A model generated the notes under the pieces. That model saw only the letters and a program-made list of their open reading frames with translations, was not told where the DNA came from and ran no database searches. 33,116 nt of DNA from a virus (taxonomy: Duplodnaviria > Caudoviricetes), in the IMG/VR virus record IMGVR_UViG_3300037424_000625, positions 1-33,116 of that record, one strand, 5' to 3'. Shown here in pieces: positions 26,055 through 33,116 of the stretch (position 1 is its first letter; the number at the start of each line of letters is the position of its first letter). The translations under genes and the position numbers were made by a program.

Positions 26055-26078
26055 AAAAAGCCGGGAATTTCCCGGCTT
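26055..26078 (-). terminator. intrinsic terminator for the gp21/internal-protein transcript
   Basis: AAGCCGGGA-N3-TCCCGGCTT with a T run on the minus strand. Confidence 0.7.
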
Positions 26079-26139
26079 CCACCAAAGTCAGGATCGACAA
26101 TTCCGAAGCCTTTCTTACGATGCAATTGATTCTGTGAAT

Positions 26140-26664
26140 TTAATTCAAAATTACAATTGCTCCAGAATCACTATCTATCTCAGATCTGATACCTTTATTT
26201 TTCAAATAGTCAACTAGTTTTTCTAGCTCTGAAAGATTATAGTCTTTTACTGGCTCATCGTTCTCATCAACTTCTATGATATTAACTGCTGTTGCATTGT
26301 ACCCATAAACAACAACTTGATAATTTAATTTTGACTTAAAGTTCTTAATTTTATCAAAAACCTTTCTTGCGTCACGATCTGATTCACTATCAATTCCAAG
26401 AGTAATAGATTCACTCATCGGAGAACCGGTAGCATGCTGCTTCAGGTAAGCAAGTGCTCGCCCCTGAGAATGCTTCGCGATTCCAGTTACAGACTTGTGA
26501 AGGTCGGCAGGATCGCGATTAGTATCTTTTCCCTTGAAGACGTACTTCTTACTACCGATCTTGGTAGTAATCGTGCCTTTGTTAACGTCTAGTAAGAATC
26601 CTCCCACCTCGAGTCCAGGAGTAGATTTTTCAAACAGGTCATGTAATTCTTTAAGAAAGTTCAT
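26140..26664 (-). CDS. probable head-internal protein (two modules)
   Basis: MNFLKELHDLFE leader; internal 'MSES'; located between gp21 and gp22. Confidence 0.7.
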   Translation of the reverse strand: MNFLKELHDLFEKSTPGLEVGGFLLDVNKGTITTKIGSKKYVFKGKDTNRDPADLHKSVTGIAKHSQGRALAYLKQHATGSPMSESITLGIDSESDRDARKVFDKIKNFKSKLNYQVVVYGYNATAVNIIEVDENDEPVKDYNLSELEKLVDYLKNKGIRSEIDSDSGAIVILN

Positions 26665-26673
26665 ATCTAATCC

Positions 26674-27561
26674 TTATTTTGGTCTCCTACCGATGAATCC
26701 TGGTAGGTCGTACTTGTTCTTTGCGAATACCAACAGACGCATCTTCTGCACGTAGGTCATGTAGCCGGTGCGAATCTTGTAAGGTGTTCCATCCCGAGGA
26801 ACTCCGAGTATCGTGATTAGCTCATCAACGATCGGAGAATCATTACCGATCGCGTAAACATCATCTTTGATCGAGAAGTCTATTCCCTTCGGAGTATCTT
26901 CGTCTTTTGCTGCCTTCTTGACAGCTTCTGGTGTCAAGCGATAAACCTTAACTTTGCCTTCGTTCTCATTCTTCTTGAACCAGTCAAGAAACCCCTCATT
27001 GAGAATCTCAGCTTGAGCATCAAATTCACTCGGCTCAAGAGCTTCAAGATAAGCTTTCATGATGTCTTTATTCATACTTTCTCCCAACACTTCTCCGTGA
27101 TTTTTCTTAATATTGAAGAAACCGTAACAACGATCTTGCCCTTCTACTTCAGCTGAGATCTCTTGATCTTCTCCAGCTTTACCTTTTAACTTGAACTTTA
27201 GCTTTGAAGCAACTTCAGGGTATTCTTTCTTGACAGCATTCTTCCAGACTTCAAGACCCGTAGCAATGATCTTCGGCTTCTTAGAAGTCCCATCCTTACG
27301 AGTACCGTCAGCGTTGAAACGTGATCGAGAGTGCCCTTCAGGCCATGTATCTTTGAAGCGATCATACATCTTAGCTTCTTTAAGAGCGAGGATTTTATTC
27401 AGATCATTCATGTCCATCGCTCCGCTAGATTGCTGAGACTGCTTAACAGCATTCTCAACAAACTTGTGCAATGCATCATCTGACTTGAATTCCTCACGAG
27501 CGATCTCAAGCACTCGAATGAAGGTAGTGAGATCAAAAGATAAGATGTCGGTTTTGTTCAC
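26674..27561 (-). CDS. probable head-internal multi-module protein
   Basis: GTG start; internal LKEA, LGES and LNEG motifs. Confidence 0.7.
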   Translation of the reverse strand: MNKTDILSFDLTTFIRVLEIAREEFKSDDALHKFVENAVKQSQQSSGAMDMNDLNKILALKEAKMYDRFKDTWPEGHSRSRFNADGTRKDGTSKKPKIIATGLEVWKNAVKKEYPEVASKLKFKLKGKAGEDQEISAEVEGQDRCYGFFNIKKNHGEVLGESMNKDIMKAYLEALEPSEFDAQAEILNEGFLDWFKKNENEGKVKVYRLTPEAVKKAAKDEDTPKGIDFSIKDDVYAIGNDSPIVDELITILGVPRDGTPYKIRTGYMTYVQKMRLLVFAKNKYDLPGFIGRRPK

Positions 27562-27603
27562 GGTCTTTTTCTTTCACAGTTCATGCTTGGTGACGTTCTA
27601 TCT

Positions 27604-27660
27604 TAGTAACAGTTCCACGTCAGCGGTATCTCAAACTCGAATAGATTCTGTAGCTTCATT
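27604..27660 (-). pseudogene. leader-only remnant MKLQNLFEFEIPLTWNCY*
   Basis: ATG overlaps the upstream stop (TAATG); leader nearly identical to MKLQDVLFE of ORF 27928..28512. Confidence 0.45.
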
Positions 27661-27926
27661 TAATGAGCATTACGTTTCTTAATTAAGATATCTTCAAGTT
27701 TCTTCAATGTGTACTTTACTGAGCGCTTTACTGACGGATGAGACAATGTAGGAAGAATTTTCTTCAGTTCTTCAATATTTTGTTCAAGTTCAGGAATCGA
27801 CAATTCTTCTAATTTGTCGAAAATTTCCGTCTCTTCAGACTCAACAATGTTCACGATTCCTCGATGCTTGATCTCAGAAGCAAGCAATTGTTCAGCAATC
27901 TTTGTTTTGCATTTGATGACGATCAT
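27660..27926 (-). CDS. hypothetical protein, MIxIKCK family copy 2
   Basis: N-terminus paralogous to 28600..28977. Confidence 0.7.
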   Translation of the reverse strand: MIVIKCKTKIAEQLLASEIKHRGIVNIVESEETEIFDKLEELSIPELEQNIEELKKILPTLSHPSVKRSVKYTLKKLEDILIKKRNAH

Positions 27927-27927
27927 T

Positions 27928-28512
27928 TTAACCCTTTTCTACAACAATAACTGTAAAGTCAGATCCTTGACTAAATTTTATGACTTTGATTACAGAATAG
28001 CCATGCTTTTCATACTCTTTATCTAAGATCTTTCTGCCTAAGCGTCCAAATGCAGAAGTTGGAAATGAGTGCCATTCGTTGTAGTAATCAGAAACTACAT
28101 TCTTACCGGATTTTATTGCATCAAAAATCTTTTTGTCATGACCGATATCTTGAGACTCGCTGTTCTGACCCAATTTGAAAGTTTTTGAAAATTGTTTAAC
28201 GAAGTCTTTATTTGGTGATGTCAAAGACTTAGCCATCTCATAAAGTTTATCGTATTCAGCTTTTGATACACGTCCACGATTATATCTTTCTGAGAGCTTT
28301 CCAATTGACTTTGTACCAAGAGTATTAGACTGGTTACCGTTAACAACAATTCCATCTACGATGGATCTTTCTAAATCAGAAATAGATATTTTCAATAGTT
28401 CTTCATCTGAGGGCTTTTCTCTATGATACTTTTCAATATCAGCCTTTGTAGGTGGTCGATGCCGGGCGGCATACGATGGATCCATTTCAAATAGAACATC
28501 TTGTAGTTTCAT
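27928..28512 (-). CDS. probable head-internal protein
   Basis: MKLQDVLFE leader; 194 aa; AT-rich. Confidence 0.7.
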   Translation of the reverse strand: MKLQDVLFEMDPSYAARHRPPTKADIEKYHREKPSDEELLKISISDLERSIVDGIVVNGNQSNTLGTKSIGKLSERYNRGRVSKAEYDKLYEMAKSLTSPNKDFVKQFSKTFKLGQNSESQDIGHDKKIFDAIKSGKNVVSDYYNEWHSFPTSAFGRLGRKILDKEYEKHGYSVIKVIKFSQGSDFTVIVVEKG

Positions 28513-28599
28513 TTTGAACTCAACTCTTTTTCGAAATAATAGACAGTTTAAGCTTTGCTATCTCTTGAGAGACATGATCATTCTTTGAATAGAGACATT

Positions 28600-28977
28600 T
28601 TAGTCCTTGCTCAAGTTTGGTACAACCAGTTTCTTCCAATGAGGAAATGCCCAACCAGCATCGTGCAGACCTTTGGCGTTCTTGTGAGCTTCCTTCGCGA
28701 CATCAGACAGAGCCTTGGCGTGGTCAACAACGGTTTCATATTCACCTGTAGTAGCTTGTTTACCGACCTTGTGGACGAGGTCACGGATCTCGCGGTCATA
28801 GCCGACACCCTTCTTGATCATGTCTTTGATTTCTGCAGATGCAGCATCATGAGCAGCTGCTTCATTGACGATGAATTCACCGGCATCTTCCATCGCAACT
28901 TCAATGTTCTTGTACTTCATCAGCTCGTTAACGAGCATTGCTTCTGCTACCTTATTCTTGCACTTGATCGTGATCAT
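28600..28977 (-). CDS. hypothetical protein, MIxIKCK family copy 1
   Basis: AAGGAG RBS; 'IVNEA' motif after the shared N-terminus. Confidence 0.75.
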   Translation of the reverse strand: MITIKCKNKVAEAMLVNELMKYKNIEVAMEDAGEFIVNEAAAHDAASAEIKDMIKKGVGYDREIRDLVHKVGKQATTGEYETVVDHAKALSDVAKEAHKNAKGLHDAGWAFPHWKKLVVPNLSKD

Positions 28978-29000
28978 TGTGTTTCTCCTTGATGGGTAAA

Positions 29001-29258
29001 TTATTTAGCTTTCATTCCAGACGCATGGACTTCACGCACACCGTCATCATCTTCATCAACGATATATTTTTGATCGAGATCAACGACGTACATATCTTTA
29101 GGTTCAACTGCCGAAACAGTTCCAGTTTCTTCAGGCCAACCTTCTTCTTCATTAGCAAGTAGAATGACTTTTTGTCCTTCTTTGAATTTTGAAAGTTTTT
29201 CTGGACGTTTCACCGGAGAGTTAGCTTCATAGATTTCTAGTAGTTCTTTTAGCAGCAT
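29001..29258 (-). CDS. small probable head-internal protein with SH3/Tudor-like barrel
   Basis: MLLKELLEIYEA leader; 'FKEGQKV...ETGTV...YVVDLD...REV'. Confidence 0.65.
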   Translation of the reverse strand: MLLKELLEIYEANSPVKRPEKLSKFKEGQKVILLANEEEGWPEETGTVSAVEPKDMYVVDLDQKYIVDEDDDGVREVHASGMKAK

Positions 29259-29310
29259 GATTAGTCTTTCTTCTTGATCTCGTTGAGCACTTAAAGATTT
29301 TGACTCATTC

Positions 29311-29529
29311 CTATTTCTCCAATATCTTTAGGGCATCTACCATCATATTGACGGCTTTCTTCAGTCTATCTTCGTCTGTGTTTGATGCATGTCCCGAAAC
29401 GAGTAACTTACGGCATTCATCAATGGAAGTTTTCAAACTACGAATTCCCTTTTCGGCTCCGGCAACAGATTCGATCAATCGATTGTCGCTTAGAGACATA
29501 AGCTCGGATAGTAAAGTCATTTTAGTCAT
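29311..29529 (-). CDS. small probable head-internal protein
   Basis: 'MTLLSELMSL...LIES'; begins directly after the gp21 stop. Confidence 0.6.
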   Translation of the reverse strand: MTKMTLLSELMSLSDNRLIESVAGAEKGIRSLKTSIDECRKLLVSGHASNTDEDRLKKAVNMMVDALKILEK

Positions 29530-29530
29530 T

Positions 29531-30172
29531 TTAGTCTTTCTTCAGATGTTGGCCTGTCAGAACTTCAAAGAAAATTGCAAGCTCTTTCTTGAAATACTTC
29601 TGTGCAGACTCGTCATGAATGACAGACTCTGCAAGCGTCATGATCTTTTTATTGCCTTGAAGTTCTTCCATCACGTGGCCTGGATATGCATCAGGCGCTG
29701 ATGGAGTAGCAACTACGTCAACAGTTACAAGATTGAACTGAGAGACCTTACCCTCGTTCACGTTGCCTGAACCACGAGATGATACGCCCAACTTACCACC
29801 AGCTTTCAAGATTGCCTTAACGATCTGTCCCTTTGGATGATCTTCAATGATGCGAGCTTTACCGTAAGCATTCTTGCCTTCCATCCACATCTCAGTGATG
29901 ATGTGAGAGACGTTGTTCAGATCGATCTGCAGATTGTCAGGGTGATTCAGCTCACCGTATACGGTATAGCCTTCTTGACAGCGCTTGTTCACGTTCTGGA
30001 CCGCGTTGGAGATCTCAGACAGTGGATAGGTTCTCTGGTTTCCGTTAACCAGATCTGCTTGCATGAAGATTCCAGACAGGTAGGAATTCTTGGATTGCTG
30101 GTGTTCTTCAACTATCAGGTTGGCCTGACCGGGGTTAATTTGTTCGATCAAGACGAGTTCTTTTGAGTGCAT
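29531..30172 (-). CDS. gp21: prohead maturation protease
   Basis: 'GIFMQAD..NGNQRTYP', 'GELNHP', 'VSHII', 'LGVSSRGSG', 'VDVVATPSAPDAY'. Confidence 0.93.
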   Translation of the reverse strand: MHSKELVLIEQINPGQANLIVEEHQQSKNSYLSGIFMQADLVNGNQRTYPLSEISNAVQNVNKRCQEGYTVYGELNHPDNLQIDLNNVSHIITEMWMEGKNAYGKARIIEDHPKGQIVKAILKAGGKLGVSSRGSGNVNEGKVSQFNLVTVDVVATPSAPDAYPGHVMEELQGNKKIMTLAESVIHDESAQKYFKKELAIFFEVLTGQHLKKD

Positions 30173-30201
30173 GACTGCTCCTTAGGAGAATTTACTGGAC
30201 A

Positions 30202-30209
30202 TATTTATG
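30202..30209 (-). promoter_or_regulatory. putative late promoter (CATAAATA) for gp21
   Basis: TAAATA core ~30 nt upstream of the AAGGAG/ATG of gp21. Confidence 0.5.
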
Positions 30210-30228
30210 TGAGATGAAGCGATTTTCA

Positions 30229-33114
30229 TCACTTCGTCACTTCTTTCTTCAAGGCTTCAACGGATTTTGCTTCTCCTTCTTCTTTTCCGCCAGCTTCTTC
30301 AGGTTCGGTCTTTGCTTCTTTACCGCTAGAAGCTACTGCTTCTTTACCTGCTTTTTCCTCTTCTCCTTCTGGAGCTACTTCTGTTTCTTCTTCTGCTCCA
30401 CCGGTATGGTCATCGAAGTCTTCAGGAACCTTGATTTCTGGGCGATTTTCGATCCACTGAGGGTCGTACATCATGCGGAGATCAGTTAAGGTTTCATCTA
30501 TGCCGTTGTCCGGGATGCCTAGTTCTTGCTTCAACATTGCCTGGTTCTCTTGGATGTCATCCTCAGACATTCCGAGGTAATGCATCATCTTGTAGCGGGC
30601 TGACAGGAATGCTACATCCTTGACATTGCTGAAGTTTGAGATCATCTTCTCATCGACTTCAGCCTGCTTGTACTCTTTGAAATTTGCCGGATCGCAGAGG
30701 CGGATACGGAAGAGGTGTGGATCGATCTTGATTCCAGCAGACTTTAGGTATGCCTTGAAGTGGGCATCAAAGGTCTTGTTGATCTTCTGCTGAAGGCGTG
30801 AGACATAGTTAGCAAAACGAACTTCTTCAATGTATGCTACACCAACCTTACCATCGGTAATCTGTGCAGTTCCATCCTGACCACCCTTCATGTAAGATGC
30901 CGGGATACGGAGGCCTTGCAAGAATTTGTTCTGGAAGTACGTCAAGTCAGTTATCTCGCCGAGGTTTTCGCCACCAGAAAGAGTCTCGACTCTAGACCCA
31001 CGACCATCAGCTGTTTGAGCAAAGAAGTAGTCTTCGTTCATTGAGTTCTGAGTAAAGACACCAGCTTCAAGAGCAAAGGTGTGGTGATCATGATACTTGT
31101 GCTCACCATCAATCGTGATACATCCGGTATCTACCTTCTGATCTAGTTTTTCAATCGAGACGATGCGATGGTTGTAGTGATCAACAGTTTCAACTAGATG
31201 CTTCCAATTCTTATACCCAAATGTCTGATAGATACATTTCAATCCCTTGTCAGTTAACTTACCGGAGAACTTATTCGTGTATACTTTAACTTCTCCTGGT
31301 ACCGATGCAGCATCTTGATTATCTGTGCTGAGTAAGCTCAAGAACTTTTCACTTGTGTTCGCAGCTATGATAACTTTATTGCGATTAGTGCCAACCGTCT
31401 TGATGATTGTAACTAACTCACCCAAGGTATCGAGAGATACCTTTAACAGCTGAGTTCCAGCAAACTTCTTGTAAAAGTTCTTTGCTAGCTGTTCCTTGAA
31501 GAAGATATCTTCTTCAATGCGAGCTTTACGAATTTCTCCTAGGGTTACTCTCCACTTAGCATACTTTTCAGGATCTGTAGATTTTAGATTTGCGATCGAT
31601 CTCTTCCACTTGGTCGATGAAGCTGCCGACAGCTCTTCACGCTGTTCTAGAGTCAATTCAGAGTAGTAAGCTTTCAGTGAATTAGATATCTTGTTCTTGA
31701 TTCGACTGCTTTCTTCGGTGCTCAACATCTCCCAGTATTCTTTCTTTACCTGAGAGTGGTAGAGAAAGTGATCTCGATGATTCATCCAAACTAAATTTTG
31801 TGGAGAGTTGTTATAGCGATCATAGTTCTTGTGGTGAACTTCTGCTTTGGGAGCTCCATCAAACTCTGGAGAGAACGTTAGCTCTTGATGTTTGTTCATG
31901 TCTCTAAAGTACTCAGCAACCAATCGATGTACCATCACAAATTCATTTTGCTCATGGTCAAATACTCGAGTATAGCTTCGATCTTTATCATGAGATAGTG
32001 ACTTCTGATCTGTCTCAAAGGAGATCAAAGAGTCAGAAGCAGTAAGCTTCTCTGCTTCTACAAAACCTTTACCAAGAACTGGAAACTTGTGATCAGGGGT
32101 ACAAGTAATTACTTTGCCGTTGTCAAGTGTGATCTTTACGACTTCGGCTTCTCTGCGAGTTACACCAGCCCAAGAGATCAGTCCTGGAACTACTGATCCG
32201 GTGGTTGGATCAGTAGAGTAGGCCCAGTTCTGTTTTCCAGCTTCATGCTCAACTATCAGTTGATTTAACTCAAGTGTACGACCATCAAGCAGTGGAATTC
32301 TAGTGTCAAGAGTTAAACACATCGGATTGTACACAGAGTCAATCTTATCAGATCCACCAGTCTCGTTTGGGATGCGTTTTTGCTTCAACTCGTTTCGAAC
32401 AGATTCCATGTATGCCTTGACACGTTGCGGAGGCATGTTACCAACGTCAAGGAAGAACACTCGACGTTCAGGAGCACGGACGATACGGTAGATGATGACC
32501 GAGTCTTCAAGCAGAGACAGATGTCGGAAAGCTTTAACACAAGCCCAGAGGGGAGATTCTCCGAAGGGACCATTTTCTCCCATCGATGATGACAAGGTGA
32601 AATGTACGATACCTTCTGCCGGGACGATCGTGATGTCGCCGAAGGCGCCTTGACGGTTCTTTTCACCGGTACGAACGTGGTAGTGTTCCGGAACTCCGTT
32701 CTCATCGATGGTGATTCCGATGATGTCGCCCGGATCAATATACTTCCAACGCTTGAAGTCTGACTGCTTTTGGAAAAAGCAATCACCAAATTTTACAGTA
32801 GTACGAGCGATGTCGTATAGGTTAGTGTTCAAATTCTGAATTTCACACCAATGACGAAGCGCAGCACGAACCGTCATTGTGATAGAAGCTGGAACTTCCT
32901 TGTTGTTCTCATTCTGGTACTCAATCTCAAATGGGAGGTTAGTACGAACGTTGGTTTGCGTCATCTCTTCTGCGACAGTGTCAAGCGCGCGTGAAACGAA
33001 GACATCGCTATCCATGTTCTTATATTGCACATACTTGGAAAAGCGCGACGATGCGCCCTTCATAACCTTCGTATACCATGAAAAATTCGAGTAGAGTTTC
33101 GCTGCTTCAGGACT
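30229..33114 (-). CDS. gp20: T4-like portal protein (5' end outside window), intein-containing
   Basis: 'LLEDSVIIYRIVRAPERRVFFLDVGNMP', 'EDYFF...GRGSRVETLSGGENLGEITDL', 'EEVRF'; frame stays open from 33063 to the window edge. Confidence 0.93.
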   Translation of the reverse strand, partial: SPEAAKLYSNFSWYTKVMKGASSRFSKYVQYKNMDSDVFVSRALDTVAEEMTQTNVRTNLPFEIEYQNENNKEVPASITMTVRAALRHWCEIQNLNTNLYDIARTTVKFGDCFFQKQSDFKRWKYIDPGDIIGITIDENGVPEHYHVRTGEKNRQGAFGDITIVPAEGIVHFTLSSSMGENGPFGESPLWACVKAFRHLSLLEDSVIIYRIVRAPERRVFFLDVGNMPPQRVKAYMESVRNELKQKRIPNETGGSDKIDSVYNPMCLTLDTRIPLLDGRTLELNQLIVEHEAGKQNWAYSTDPTTGSVVPGLISWAGVTRREAEVVKITLDNGKVITCTPDHKFPVLGKGFVEAEKLTASDSLISFETDQKSLSHDKDRSYTRVFDHEQNEFVMVHRLVAEYFRDMNKHQELTFSPEFDGAPKAEVHHKNYDRYNNSPQNLVWMNHRDHFLYHSQVKKEYWEMLSTEESSRIKNKISNSLKAYYSELTLEQREELSAASSTKWKRSIANLKSTDPEKYAKWRVTLGEIRKARIEEDIFFKEQLAKNFYKKFAGTQLLKVSLDTLGELVTIIKTVGTNRNKVIIAANTSEKFLSLLSTDNQDAASVPGEVKVYTNKFSGKLTDKGLKCIYQTFGYKNWKHLVETVDHYNHRIVSIEKLDQKVDTGCITIDGEHKYHDHHTFALEAGVFTQNSMNEDYFFAQTADGRGSRVETLSGGENLGEITDLTYFQNKFLQGLRIPASYMKGGQDGTAQITDGKVGVAYIEEVRFANYVSRLQQKINKTFDAHFKAYLKSAGIKIDPHLFRIRLCDPANFKEYKQAEVDEKMISNFSNVKDVAFLSARYKMMHYLGMSEDDIQENQAMLKQELGIPDNGIDETLTDLRMMYDPQWIENRPEIKVPEDFDDHTGGAEEETEVAPEGEEEKAGKEAVASSGKEAKTEPEEAGGKEEGEAKSVEALKKEVTK
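31045..32319 (-). mobile_element. intein (425 aa) with HNH endonuclease in the portal protein
   Basis: N-terminal 'CLTLDTRIPLLDG'; block B 'ITCTPDHKF'; HNH 'VHHKNYDRYNN...NL...H'; C-terminal 'HTFALEAGVFTQN/S'; removal restores YNPM-SMNEDYFF. Confidence 0.9.
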
Positions 33115-33116
33115 CG

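Noticed and set aside
27604-29310. Stop-codon reassignment to explain short interrupted ORFs
   Set aside because: The interruptions use different stops (TAA, TGA) plus frameshifts, and core genes read normally in the standard code
33061-33063. ATG at 33063 as the portal start
   Set aside because: The frame is open to the window edge with portal-like sequence upstream, so the gene begins outside the window
1-33116. tRNA, rRNA, introns, DGR template/variable repeats
   Set aside because: No cloverleaf-sized intergenic candidates, intron-split genes, reverse transcriptase or adenine-specific repeat pairs were seen by eye; a covariance-model scan would be needed to exclude small RNAs

Overview
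Virion morphogenesis region of a large T4-related (myovirus-type) phage. The minus strand carries portal gp20 (5' end outside the window, with a 425-aa HNH-type intein), prohead protease gp21, a cluster of small probable head-internal proteins, scaffold gp22, major capsid gp23, tail sheath gp18, neck gp13/gp14, a lytic transglycosylase, gp15 and tail tube gp19. Between them sit early-gene islands driven by a repeated GTGTTTACT...TGATATAAT promoter (SprT protease, radical SAM, HNH, DUF3605/HIT-like, Rnl2-type RNA ligase, truncated metallophosphoesterase; SWIM protein, amidoligase-like protein, hypotheticals) and at least five free-standing putative homing endonucleases. Main observations: (1) an early protein whose N-terminus copies the EF-Tu P-loop segment; (2) a shared 'M-x-L-x-E/D-L...E' leader on many late proteins, including enzymes, suggesting a protease-processed packaged cargo system with decayed cassettes; (3) an HNH intein ending in Gln-Asn in the portal; (4) a possible RNA-repair module; (5) hairpin and leaderless control of endonuclease genes. 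All family calls come from motif recognition by eye; no database searches were run. No tRNA, rRNA or CRISPR array was seen.
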